From a virus (Duplodnaviria > Caudoviricetes), in the IMG/VR virus record IMGVR_UViG_3300020711_000014, positions 1 to 50,968 of that record: DNA of 50,968 nucleotides; one strand, 5' to 3'. The notes beneath the pieces were generated by a model. It did not search any database. It was not told where the DNA came from and saw nothing but the letters and a program-made list of their open reading frames with translations. This document shows positions 16,703 through 26,607 of this stretch, piece after piece; the first letter of the stretch is position 1, and the number at the start of each line of letters is the position of its first letter. Position numbers and translations under genes: made by a program.

Positions 16703-18280
16703 ATGGCTGTTAAATCCGTTATAGAAATTGATGTCAATGACGAAAAATTTAAAGCGTTTCAGGCTGCCTTTGATAGATATCAAAAAACATTAGATTTACA
16801 GCAAAAAAGATGGTCTGAAGTAAATAAAACTTTTGACCAACTTAACAAAAAGCAAAAAGATTTTAATAAGTTAGTTAAAGATAACGCTAAAAATTTAAAA
16901 GATGCCGTATCTACTACCAGCAATATAGCTCGTAATATGGCGTCTGCTGCGCTTTCGGCGGCTAAATGGGTAGCTTATGGTGCTTTAGGTGGTGGGTTTG
17001 GTCTTGGTGCATTAGCTTCTTCTGCTTCTGACTATCGTCGCCAAGCTTTAGGTTTAGGCGTTTCTACAGGTCAATTACGGGCAGCTAACGTAGCCTATGG
17101 ACGAGCTTTTGACGCTCAATCCGTAATGAACAGTATTGCTAATATGCAATATGACCCTATAGGACAAGCTACGTTAGCCCGTTTAGGCGTTGCTAGAGGT
17201 GCAAATCCCGCTGAAAATTTGGGAGAAACTTTTAAAAACGCTGTAGCATTATTTGAAAAATTTGGCAAAAACCCTGTATTTGCCAAAAATTTAGGTTTAA
17301 CAGATATATTTAGTTTGGAAGAGTTACGCCGCGGATCAAATATGACTGCCAAAGAATTAGATGAAATGGCAGAACAGTTTGAAAAAGATAAAAAGATTTT
17401 TGAGTTAGATGATCGCGTTAGTAAAGCATGGCAAGATTTTTGGTATACGTTAAAGAAAAACGTCAATGTTTTAGAAGTTGGTTTTTTAAAATCGCTTAAA
17501 GATTTAGTACCTCAATTAAGTGAGCTTTCAGAAACTATTGCCAATGCTATTGTCAATCTATTGGCAAGTAAAGAATTTCAACAAGCCGTTAAAGATTTTG
17601 CAGATCAAATTTCTTCAGGAGAATTTCAAGAAAAAGTAAGTAAATTTTTTACTGCATTAGGGCAATTAGCTGACGGCATGATAACTATCATGCGAAAACT
17701 AGGGATATTACCTGCTGATGAAGCGGCAGAAATGGCAAAAGCAAAAGCTTATCAAAAAAGTTTAGCTCAAAAACAATACGATGAAATGACCCCCGCGCAA
17801 CGAAAATTGTTGGGATTACATGACCCTTCACTTTCTCCAGCCGAAGTAAATTTTAATCCGGGAAATATACGTTATATTGGGCAAAGCAACGCTGCTAAAG
17901 GGTATATGGGCTTTGCAAAATATAACTCTTGGCAAGAAGGTTTTAGCGCTCTTAATAAACAGTTATCATTGTACGAAACAGGGCAGTCAGCAGCGGCAGG
18001 AAACAGAAAATTACAAACTATTGCAGATATTATTTCTACTTATGCTCCTTCAAGTGAAAATAATGTTGAAGAATATATTAAATATGTCGCAAAACAATCA
18101 GGATTTGGGGCAACAGAACAACTAAATATTAATGATCCAAATACAAACTATAAGTTAATGTCGGCAATTGCTAATTATGAAATCGGTAAAGGAACTTCAT
18201 TTACACCACAAGGTGTACAAGTTATCATTAACAATAACACCGGTAACAATGCGATTGCTACCGCCGCAGCATTAAAATAA
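16703..18280 (+). CDS. Tape measure protein with C-terminal lysozyme-like domain
   Basis: Helical Ala/Lys-rich; C-terminal NFNPGNIR...YAPSSENN motif. Confidence 0.8.
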   Translation: MAVKSVIEIDVNDEKFKAFQAAFDRYQKTLDLQQKRWSEVNKTFDQLNKKQKDFNKLVKDNAKNLKDAVSTTSNIARNMASAALSAAKWVAYGALGGGFGLGALASSASDYRRQALGLGVSTGQLRAANVAYGRAFDAQSVMNSIANMQYDPIGQATLARLGVARGANPAENLGETFKNAVALFEKFGKNPVFAKNLGLTDIFSLEELRRGSNMTAKELDEMAEQFEKDKKIFELDDRVSKAWQDFWYTLKKNVNVLEVGFLKSLKDLVPQLSELSETIANAIVNLLASKEFQQAVKDFADQISSGEFQEKVSKFFTALGQLADGMITIMRKLGILPADEAAEMAKAKAYQKSLAQKQYDEMTPAQRKLLGLHDPSLSPAEVNFNPGNIRYIGQSNAAKGYMGFAKYNSWQEGFSALNKQLSLYETGQSAAAGNRKLQTIADIISTYAPSSENNVEEYIKYVAKQSGFGATEQLNINDPNTNYKLMSAIANYEIGKGTSFTPQGVQVIINNNTGNNAIATAAALK

Positions 18281-18288
18281 AGGTTTTT

Positions 18289-18939
18289 ATGAGCGCATCT
18301 TTAGGACAAACACTTTTTGAAAATGCGTATCAAAATACGCCTATTATTTTTCAAGGTGGAATTGCTAGCAGTTTGCCGGGACAAATACTACCAATCATTG
18401 CAATCACCGAACTTTTAGATATTGCAGGTTTACCTAGCGGGCAATTATTTGCTCAATATCGTCCTTTACCGGGCGGTACTTTAACTGAATGGCAAGTCGC
18501 TGAATACCCTTTTGCTAGTTTTCAAACGGCGGCAAATGCGGTAGTTCAACAACCATTAAAAATTAGTATGCAAATGATTTGCCCCGCGCAAAATGGCGGC
18601 GGCTATGTTTTAAAAATAGCTATTTTAAGTGCTTTAAAAGCAGTCATAGATCAACACATGTTAACAGGAGGAAGTTTTACGGTTGTTACGCCCGCGTATA
18701 CTTATACAAACTGTTTATTAACCTCAATACGAGATATTTCAAGTTCTTCTGAAAAACAAGTTCAATACATGTTTCAGTGGGATTTTGTGCAACCTTTAAT
18801 AACAGCTTCTGGCGCGCAATCTGCTTTAGGAACGCTTTACAAACGCTTTCAAGATCAAGTACCTAATACTTATCCACTTACATTTCAAGCTACCCCGCCA
18901 GTTAATTACAGCTATGATTCGATAACTCCAACTGTGTAA
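18289..18939 (+). CDS. Baseplate/tail initiator protein (putative)
   Basis: Synteny after tape measure. Confidence 0.55.
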   Translation: MSASLGQTLFENAYQNTPIIFQGGIASSLPGQILPIIAITELLDIAGLPSGQLFAQYRPLPGGTLTEWQVAEYPFASFQTAANAVVQQPLKISMQMICPAQNGGGYVLKIAILSALKAVIDQHMLTGGSFTVVTPAYTYTNCLLTSIRDISSSSEKQVQYMFQWDFVQPLITASGAQSALGTLYKRFQDQVPNTYPLTFQATPPVNYSYDSITPTV

Positions 18940-18947
18940 ACGATATA

Positions 18948-19220
18948 ATGGCTACTTTAACGACATTTAACCCAGCACCTAACGTAAATTTTCAATTTAA
19001 TTGCACGTTAGACGGGAACCCTTACACAATAATTGTTAACTGGAATAACTACACTCCGCGTTATTACATCAATGTTTATGATACGGCAGGTCAGTTAATA
19101 GTTATTAACCCGTTAATAGGCTCACCTAATGATTTTAATATTAATTTAGTTTTTGGTTATTTTCAAACATCCACTCTTGTATACAAAGCTTCTAGCAATC
19201 AATTTGAGGTTACGCCTTAA
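18948..19220 (+). CDS. Small baseplate protein
   Basis: TLDG..Y...WN...RYYI motif; synteny. Confidence 0.55.
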   Translation: MATLTTFNPAPNVNFQFNCTLDGNPYTIIVNWNNYTPRYYINVYDTAGQLIVINPLIGSPNDFNINLVFGYFQTSTLVYKASSNQFEVTP

Positions 19221-20212
19221 TGCGGTACTACGAAATTGTTATCTCTCCGCCAGAAGGTGTTAAAGTAAACTCTAATACAACATTAAAATATTCGTCCCTT
19301 GCAAGCAATGGTCAAGCAAACGGCGCTGCCTTACAAATTGATTTAGACATATTTCAAACTTGGTATAACCAACCTGCACAAAACGGATACATAAAAATAC
19401 ATGGGGTTGATTTTAATGCGCTTACGCAAAATTCTAACTTTAACCCTATTGGCGATAAATATTTTTCTATTAAAGTTTATGTAGGAATGTCTAAGGGTTT
19501 ACCCTATGCTAACCCTCAACAAGCGGGGTTAATTTTAGATGGATCTATTTTGCAAGCTTTTGGAAATTGGCAAGGCAATCAAACAAGTTTAGATTTAATT
19601 GTCATTCCAACTGCATACATACAAACCAAAAATATTAATTTAGATTGGTATTGGACTACTGATAGAACGCTACAACAAGCTGTCGAACGTACGTTAAACA
19701 TTGCCTATAACAACCCTATTATTGAGGGTGGGTTTAGCCCAGATTTAAAATATCCACAAATGCAATGGGGACAATATTTAAGTTTGACTAGTTTTGCAAA
19801 GCAAATCTATAAATATAGTAAAGAGATAAACCCTGACCCCAAATATAAAGGCGCTTCTATCACCGCAACGCCAAAAGGATTTTTTTTATGGGATGGCACT
19901 CAAACAACAAAAACAGAAGTGATTAATGTTGATTTTCAAGATTTAATAGGTAATATAACTTGGATTAATACTTATACTATTCAAGCTAAATTAGTTATGC
20001 GAGCTAACCTACAAATAGGCAATTTAATTAAGTTTCCTAAAGGAGTACCTTATATTAATACTACTGGAAGCTATGCTCAATTGCGCGACGATGTAAATTT
20101 TAATGGTGAATACACAATTAGCCAAATTCGTCATTTAGGCTCTAGTCGTCAACCTAACGGTGATTCTTGGTGCACTATTGTTGAGTGTGTTATTTTGAAT
20201 GCTGTGCCATGA
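19220..20212 (+). CDS. Baseplate hub protein
   Basis: 330 aa before spike; G.Y.I..IRH.G.SR...W motif. Confidence 0.65.
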   Translation: MRYYEIVISPPEGVKVNSNTTLKYSSLASNGQANGAALQIDLDIFQTWYNQPAQNGYIKIHGVDFNALTQNSNFNPIGDKYFSIKVYVGMSKGLPYANPQQAGLILDGSILQAFGNWQGNQTSLDLIVIPTAYIQTKNINLDWYWTTDRTLQQAVERTLNIAYNNPIIEGGFSPDLKYPQMQWGQYLSLTSFAKQIYKYSKEINPDPKYKGASITATPKGFFLWDGTQTTKTEVINVDFQDLIGNITWINTYTIQAKLVMRANLQIGNLIKFPKGVPYINTTGSYAQLRDDVNFNGEYTISQIRHLGSSRQPNGDSWCTIVECVILNAVP

Positions 20213-20859
20213 GTATTGGACAAAAACGCCCTTTTGCACGAACAATTAATGAGTTCGTCGATAACAGCATTGATGAAGCTAATCAATCTTATGGATTAGT
20301 TTTGCCTTGCCGCGTCATTGCCGTAAATGGCGCAATTGTTACCGTCAACTTTGAGATTACTAACGGAAAACAAACTTTTCCCCCTATAACTTGCCCAATT
20401 GCAGAATCAACTTATATACGTTTACCCGTACAAATTAATGATTTTGGTATAGTAATATCCGCAAATACTCGCCTTGGCGGTATTACAGGAATGGGGGATG
20501 GTAAACCTCGTTTATCAAACCCCAGTAATTTAGGCGGAATGGTATTTGTTCCGATAGGAAATGTTAATTGGTCATCAGTAGATCCTAATGCAGTTAATAT
20601 CAATGCTCCTAATGGAGTAGTTTTGAGGGATACTAATAATAATTGCACAGTTACTTTAACTCCTTCTGGAGTGACTGTGGCAATCGGAAGCACTAGTCTT
20701 ATAGTAAATAGTACAGGCGTAACAGTTAATGGTAAATTTACGGTTAATGGCGACGTTGCTACAACAGGCGCTTTAACAAATAATGGCAAAAATGTCGGTA
20801 GCACTCATAAACATTCGGGTGTTACATCAGGCTCAAGTAATACAGGGAATCCAGTATGA
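20209..20859 (+). CDS. Baseplate central spike (gpV/gp45-like)
   Basis: C-terminal beta repeats and HKHSGV metal-binding tip. Confidence 0.85.
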   Translation: MSIGQKRPFARTINEFVDNSIDEANQSYGLVLPCRVIAVNGAIVTVNFEITNGKQTFPPITCPIAESTYIRLPVQINDFGIVISANTRLGGITGMGDGKPRLSNPSNLGGMVFVPIGNVNWSSVDPNAVNINAPNGVVLRDTNNNCTVTLTPSGVTVAIGSTSLIVNSTGVTVNGKFTVNGDVATTGALTNNGKNVGSTHKHSGVTSGSSNTGNPV

Positions 20860-21179
20860 GAACTTATGGCGTAGATCCAGTTTCAAAACAATGGATAAAA
20901 ATAACCGAAACCGGATATGTTTGGCTGGCTACTTTGGCGCAAACTTTACGTTTAGAACAAGGCGAAAGCCCTGTCTATGGAAACTACGGTATTCCGGGAC
21001 ATCAATCCATAATGAGTCAAATTGCGCCTGACGCTGCAGTAAATAGAACACAAAATCAATATTCACCTTATTTTGCAAATTTGACAGTTTTAAAACAACA
21101 AAATACAGCCAACCCCACTTATAATATCAATGCTGTATTCCAGAATGGAACAATTATTTCTACAACGGTGGCAAGCTAA
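20856..21179 (+). CDS. Baseplate wedge/sheath initiator (gp25/W-like)
   Basis: L.L..GESP.YGNYGIP motif; synteny. Confidence 0.65.
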   Translation: MRTYGVDPVSKQWIKITETGYVWLATLAQTLRLEQGESPVYGNYGIPGHQSIMSQIAPDAAVNRTQNQYSPYFANLTVLKQQNTANPTYNINAVFQNGTIISTTVAS

Positions 21180-22576
21180 TGGCACAAATTACTTCTGCTG
21201 GAGCAATACCAGCTTCACCAACAGATCTGCTTAATGCTGAAATAGCGGCAGCAACAGCCCTTGCTCCCGGTCTAACAGCCAATTTACCCGGCAGTCTTGT
21301 AGAAGATATGGCATCCACAGCCGCTGGTGCTGTGGTAATTCAAGATCAAGCTTTTGTAGACCTAGTTAACTCTATTAGCCCTGCAACCGCTAACCCTTCA
21401 ATTCTTTACCAATTGGGGCAAGTCTATGGCGTACAACAAGGTCAAGGTTCAAATACTTCTGTATATGTTGTGTTTACAGGGCTTGCTGGTTTTGTTATTC
21501 CTATTGGATTCACAGTTTCTGACGGAACTTACCAATATACCGTGCAAGATGGCGGCATTATTGCTTCCTCTGGGCAAAGCGCACCTTTGTATTGTTTAGC
21601 AACAGTTCAAGGCTCTTGGGCTATTCCAGCAGGAACTGTTACTCAAATCATCACATCTGTTCCAGCAGGGTTTACCCTTACTTGCACAAACCCTTCTGCT
21701 GGTTTAGCGGGTTTAACAGCACAGACTATTGCTTCTTATCAAGCTCAAGTCATGCAAGCTGGAATGGTAACTGCTCAAGGTGTTCCAGCTTTTATTAAAG
21801 CTCAACTACAGCAAGTATCAGGTGTGCAACCAAGGCTTATATCTGTCCGTTTGGTAGCCACAAATCAATGGGAAATTATCTGCGGTGGTGGAGATCCTTA
21901 TCAAGTAGCTAATGCTATTTTTAACTCTGTTCCAGATATTTCTAATTTAGTAGGGTCTACCCTAACTGTTACAGGAATTACTTCTGCAAACCCAGCAGTA
22001 GTGACTACTTCTTTAAATCATGGCTATGCTTCAGGTCAAACAGTTACCATTGCTGGAGTAAGCCCAAGTGGATTTAATGGCACTTTTACAGCTACAGTTT
22101 TAACTGAGAATACTTTTAGTGTTCCATTAAATGCAACTGCATTAACTTATGTAAGTGGCGGTGTAGTAACCCCTGATTTAAGAAATGTAACCGTAGCTAT
22201 TGATGATTATCCTGATACTTACAACATTACTTTTGTAAACCCACCAGCACAAACAGTAGCAGTTACTATTACTTGGAATACTATTTCAACCAATTTAATT
22301 AATCCAACTGCTGTGGCTACTTTAACTGCCCCAGCAATTGCTGATTACATTAACAGTATTCCTGTAGGCGTTCCAATTAATACTTATGAATTGCAAGATG
22401 CTTTTCAAAATGCTGTAGAACCAATTATTCCGCCAAGTCAAATTTCTAAAATTAACTATGTAGTGGCTATTAATGGTATTGATACATCACCAGTTTCTGG
22501 AACTTTATTGATCTATGGTGATCCTGAAAGTTACTTTACAACCAATACCAGCTTGATTACTGTAGTTCAAGGCTAA
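21179..22576 (+). CDS. Baseplate J-like protein
   Basis: VFTG..GFVIP.G..VSDG motif; synteny. Confidence 0.8.
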   Translation: MAQITSAGAIPASPTDLLNAEIAAATALAPGLTANLPGSLVEDMASTAAGAVVIQDQAFVDLVNSISPATANPSILYQLGQVYGVQQGQGSNTSVYVVFTGLAGFVIPIGFTVSDGTYQYTVQDGGIIASSGQSAPLYCLATVQGSWAIPAGTVTQIITSVPAGFTLTCTNPSAGLAGLTAQTIASYQAQVMQAGMVTAQGVPAFIKAQLQQVSGVQPRLISVRLVATNQWEIICGGGDPYQVANAIFNSVPDISNLVGSTLTVTGITSANPAVVTTSLNHGYASGQTVTIAGVSPSGFNGTFTATVLTENTFSVPLNATALTYVSGGVVTPDLRNVTVAIDDYPDTYNITFVNPPAQTVAVTITWNTISTNLINPTAVATLTAPAIADYINSIPVGVPINTYELQDAFQNAVEPIIPPSQISKINYVVAINGIDTSPVSGTLLIYGDPESYFTTNTSLITVVQG

Positions 22577-22577
22577 T

Positions 22578-23276
22578 ATGCAAACCCAAGTGCTACCAGC
22601 TTATCTTTATCAGCAATATACGCAAGATCCGTATAGTGAAGATTTGCAAGCATTTTTTACTGCATACAATACTGAATCTCAAACTAGGCTAGATGCTACC
22701 AATAATCTAGATTTACCTATCTATACAGGTCAATATGCACCTTTGTTAGATTGGACTGTTTATGGCATTTATGGTTACACAAGACCAACTCTAGGCACTC
22801 CAACGCAATTTTCACCTTCTAATGTCTACAATACTGTTCCTTATAACACTATTGCCTATTCCCAAGATACTGAAATTGCCCCATCAAATTACTATGCAGT
22901 AAATGATGATATTTTTAAAAGAATTGTGACTTGGAATTTTTACAAAGGCGATGGATTTCAATTTAATTGCCAATGGCTAAAAAGAAGAATTAAACGGTTT
23001 CTTTTTGGCTACAATGGAATAGATTTCCCAATAGATAATACTTATGAAATTAGCATCAGTTATGGGGCTAATAATGTGATTAACATTTTGATACCCCACA
23101 CTTCTGTTAGTGGAGTTTTTGAATCTGCATTACTTTCTGGTGTATTAAATGTGCCTTTCCAATACACCTACACTATTGCACTTTCAGGAACAATTTCATG
23201 GTTAAATAATTCTAGTGCAACAATTGGATGGAAAAATAATTCCAGCACACCTATTACTTGGTTTGCTGTGGAATAA
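22578..23276 (+). CDS. Baseplate wedge protein (DUF2612-like)
   Basis: LLDW...IYG..R motif; follows J. Confidence 0.6.
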   Translation: MQTQVLPAYLYQQYTQDPYSEDLQAFFTAYNTESQTRLDATNNLDLPIYTGQYAPLLDWTVYGIYGYTRPTLGTPTQFSPSNVYNTVPYNTIAYSQDTEIAPSNYYAVNDDIFKRIVTWNFYKGDGFQFNCQWLKRRIKRFLFGYNGIDFPIDNTYEISISYGANNVINILIPHTSVSGVFESALLSGVLNVPFQYTYTIALSGTISWLNNSSATIGWKNNSSTPITWFAVE

Positions 23277-23286
23277 AGGATAATTT

Positions 23287-23799
23287 ATGACAGTTCCGTA
23301 TACTTTTGCTAGTGCTGTAGCTCCCCTTCCTTTATCGGAATTGGATGCTAACTTTGCTACTCCAATAACTTTGGGTAGTACCGTAATGATTTTGGGTGGA
23401 ACTTATACCACCATATCAGGGTTAACCCTTAATTCACCAGTATTTACAGGTACTATTGCTTTAGGAACTCCAGTATCTGGAGATCTTTCAAATTGCACAG
23501 GAAGTTTGGCAAATTGCACGGGATACACTTATGCAAATTTAGCAGGAACAGTTCCCACTTGGAATCAAAATACTACTGGTAATGCCGCAACAGCTACTAC
23601 TGCTAATAGTGCCATTAATGCTACTAATGCTACTAGAATTACCAATTCAGGTGGATGGTCTGTAACGCCTAGCGGAACAAAATTGTATTTTAATTACAAC
23701 GGGTCTAATGTAGCTTCATTAGATTCTTCTGGTAATTTTACAACCTTGGGCAACATTACTGGTTTGTCTGCAATAGGTTCTGATTCACCTACACCTTAA
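23287..23799 (+). CDS. Tail fibre-related protein
   Basis: ELDANF N-terminus; T/G/N-rich. Confidence 0.55.
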   Translation: MTVPYTFASAVAPLPLSELDANFATPITLGSTVMILGGTYTTISGLTLNSPVFTGTIALGTPVSGDLSNCTGSLANCTGYTYANLAGTVPTWNQNTTGNAATATTANSAINATNATRITNSGGWSVTPSGTKLYFNYNGSNVASLDSSGNFTTLGNITGLSAIGSDSPTP

Positions 23800-23812
23800 T
23801 TTAGGAGTTTAA

Positions 23813-24478
23813 ATGGCAAATACAACAATTAACAGTTCTGGAGTAACTTTTCCAGACGGAACAACTCAAGGCACTTCTGGCGCACCTTTTATTAAAGGTC
23901 AAGCATTTACATCTAACGGCACATTTACTATTCCTACTGGAGTTACTGCACTTAAAGTTACAGTAGTAGGCGGTGGCGGTGGTGGTGGTGCTTCAGGTGG
24001 TGCTCTTGGAGGAAGCGGTGGTGGTGGCGGTACTGCTATTTCTTATTTAACAGGATTAACTTCTGGTGGAACTTTAGCAGTAACTATTGGCGGTGCTGGT
24101 TCTGCTGGCTCAGGGAATGGTGGCAGTGGCGGTACATCTTCTGTTGCTTCAGGAACACAATCTATTACTACTATTTCTGCTACTGGTGGGAGTGGTGGAA
24201 TAAATCAAGGTGCAGGAGGTGCTGGTGGTGTTGGTTCTAATGGAACAATAAATATTGGCGGTGGCGGCGGTGGTGGTGGTGGAGTTCAAAGTGCTGGCGG
24301 AAATGCAGGAGGTGCAAATGGCGGATGTTCTACATTAGGTGGAGGAGGTCAAGGCACTACTGGTACTGGAGGTGCAGGTAGAAGTTATGGTGGAGGTGGT
24401 GCAAGCGGTCAGACAAGTGGATGTGGTACAAACAATGGCGGTGCTGGTGCTGCTGGTGTAGTTGTATTTGAATGGTAA
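23813..24478 (+). CDS. Glycine-rich tail fibre/adhesin protein
   Basis: FTSNGTFTIPTGVT..VVGGGGGGG...GVVVFEW polyglycine domain. Confidence 0.7.
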   Translation: MANTTINSSGVTFPDGTTQGTSGAPFIKGQAFTSNGTFTIPTGVTALKVTVVGGGGGGGASGGALGGSGGGGGTAISYLTGLTSGGTLAVTIGGAGSAGSGNGGSGGTSSVASGTQSITTISATGGSGGINQGAGGAGGVGSNGTINIGGGGGGGGGVQSAGGNAGGANGGCSTLGGGGQGTTGTGGAGRSYGGGGASGQTSGCGTNNGGAGAAGVVVFEW

Positions 24479-24490
24479 TAGGAAAATAAA

Positions 24491-24784
24491 ATGACAACTC
24501 AAAACTATTTAGTAGTTGAAAGCAATGTTGTAACCAATATTTGTGTTTGGGATGGCGATACAAATACATGGACACCCCCAGCAAATTCAACAATGCTAAT
24601 TCAAGCCGATACACCAACTAAAGTATGGACTTACGATAAAGCATCAAATTCTTATGTTCTTACAGAACAATTAGGTGGTGGGGATATTGGATTTACTTGG
24701 GATGGTTCTGTATTAACAACTAATGAGCCACAGCCTGCACCTCCAAAAGCACAACCAATAGCTAGTGGAACTACAACTGCATAA
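24491..24784 (+). CDS. Tail fibre assembly-like protein
   Basis: NVVTN..VWDG and IG.TWDG motifs after the Gly-rich gene. Confidence 0.55.
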   Translation: MTTQNYLVVESNVVTNICVWDGDTNTWTPPANSTMLIQADTPTKVWTYDKASNSYVLTEQLGGGDIGFTWDGSVLTTNEPQPAPPKAQPIASGTTTA

Positions 24785-25065
24785 TGGTTACTCATATAGG
24801 AACTGCCCATAGCTTTACTTATGATGGAGCACAATTAAATATTTACCATGCAAATAAAGGTGAGGGTTTGCCAAAGCATGAACATATTTATAGTCATGCA
24901 ACTATGTGTAATGCTGGTTCTTGTTTGGTTAGTCTTGAAGGTCGTAGCTACACAATCAACAAAAATAGCCAACCTTTAAATCTTCCTGCTGGACAATGGC
25001 ATGAAATTGAAGCATTAGAAGATGGCACAGTATTTGTAAATGTATTTGCTGAAGGTAAGTACTAA
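24784..25065 (+). CDS. Cupin-fold protein
   Basis: LPKHEH..SH...G and PAGQWHEIEALEDGT. Confidence 0.8.
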   Translation: MVTHIGTAHSFTYDGAQLNIYHANKGEGLPKHEHIYSHATMCNAGSCLVSLEGRSYTINKNSQPLNLPAGQWHEIEALEDGTVFVNVFAEGKY

Positions 25066-25133
25066 ATTTAGGAATTTTTAGCTACAATATGTAAAATTGC
25101 TTGGTGATGCGGGCATAAAATTAAGGAAAAGTT

Positions 25134-26303
25134 ATGACTGTTCAGCTTTTTGCCAATAATGCGAAAACAACGCTGGCATCACCGATTAACGCTACCCAGA
25201 CTACCATTACAGTAGCTCCGGGGACAGGAGTGCTTTTTCCTTCTCCAAGCTCTGGTCAAGGTTTTAAAGTTACTTTAGTTAGCGCAACTTCCGCTTCTGT
25301 ATACGAAATTTGCCTTTGTACTGCTAGATCAGGCGACACTTTAACAGTAGTTAGAGCCCAAGAAGGCACTTCTGGAACACCTTTTCTTTTAAACGATATT
25401 GTTGGCAACTATGACACAGCAGATGTCATGGCTAATTTGGTTCAAGTTTTACAGCTACAAAACCAATATTATTTATATGCTGTAGCTAGCGGATCAGCCA
25501 ATGCTTTAGCGGCGACAATCCCTTCACCTTTGACATCTATTCCAGATGGAATGTCTATTGTTGTCAAAGCTACTGCTGCGAATACTGGCGCAACCACTTT
25601 AAATTTAACCCTTGGAAGCACTTCAACAGGTGCTCAAGCTATTGTTACAGGAAATAATACTGCTTTAGTTGGTGGTGAAATTCCCGGTTCTGGCTATCCT
25701 ATAACTCTTTCTTATAGCTCTACTTTTGGTGCTTGGGTTATTACTGACGGTAATATTAATTTAAGCCTTTATGCTTATATTAACAGCCCAACATTTACAG
25801 GTACTCCAAGAGTTCCAACAGCGGCATTTAACGATAACAGCACTATTATTGCCAGTACCTCTTGGGTTCAAAATCAATTGGCTAACTATGCGCCAATTTA
25901 TAACCCCACATTTACTGGTACTCCTGCCGCTCCGACTGCTCCATCTGGAACTAGCACAACTCAAATAGCTACTACTGCTTTTGTGCAAAATCAAATTGCT
26001 ACTCAAGTTAAAGGTTTAGGATTTGGTGGCACTACTTGGCATGATGTTACTGGAAGTAGAGCGGCAAATACCACTTATACAAATTCATACTCTTACCCAA
26101 TTATGGTAAATGTGAATTTAATTACTGGTTCTTCTGGAATTACAAATCCTTCTTATTTTTATGTTAACGGAATTGCGGTTGCAGATGCTAATAGCGGCGG
26201 TTGGACAGGAGCAACAAGTTTTACCGTTTCAGTAATAGTTCCACCGGGTAGTACATATTCAACAAATTCAAATGGTATTGCTATTTGGGCAGAACTTTAT
26301 TAA
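25134..26303 (+). CDS. Tail fibre protein 1
   Basis: Two PTFTGTP..PT..IA(S/T)T repeats; C-terminal TYTN...PIMV...VIVPPG domain. Confidence 0.8.
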   Translation: MTVQLFANNAKTTLASPINATQTTITVAPGTGVLFPSPSSGQGFKVTLVSATSASVYEICLCTARSGDTLTVVRAQEGTSGTPFLLNDIVGNYDTADVMANLVQVLQLQNQYYLYAVASGSANALAATIPSPLTSIPDGMSIVVKATAANTGATTLNLTLGSTSTGAQAIVTGNNTALVGGEIPGSGYPITLSYSSTFGAWVITDGNINLSLYAYINSPTFTGTPRVPTAAFNDNSTIIASTSWVQNQLANYAPIYNPTFTGTPAAPTAPSGTSTTQIATTAFVQNQIATQVKGLGFGGTTWHDVTGSRAANTTYTNSYSYPIMVNVNLITGSSGITNPSYFYVNGIAVADANSGGWTGATSFTVSVIVPPGSTYSTNSNGIAIWAELY

Positions 26304-26312
26304 GGAAAAATT

Positions 26313-26585
26313 ATGACTTATAACTATGGTAGCCCCATTACAGGCACTCTTACTGGAACAACAGCTACTGTAGGCGTTCCAGCTTTAGTTTACCCAGCAA
26401 CTATTGTGTTGAACTCCACAGCAGGTGGCAGAGCAATTCAATTTTCTTTGGATAACGGTACAACTTTTTATACCGCAGTAACTCCTACAGGAACAGAAAC
26501 AAGTCAAATTTATTATGTTCTGACTTTCCCTGTGACTACACTTAAATTTACTGGCGCAGCAAACGACACTTATTCAATTCTTTAA
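26313..26585 (+). CDS. Small structural protein
   Basis: 90 aa, Thr-rich, AAGGA RBS. Confidence 0.65.
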   Translation: MTYNYGSPITGTLTGTTATVGVPALVYPATIVLNSTAGGRAIQFSLDNGTTFYTAVTPTGTETSQIYYVLTFPVTTLKFTGAANDTYSIL

Positions 26586-26607
26586 TAGTGTTGTATAAGG
26601 GTTTACC

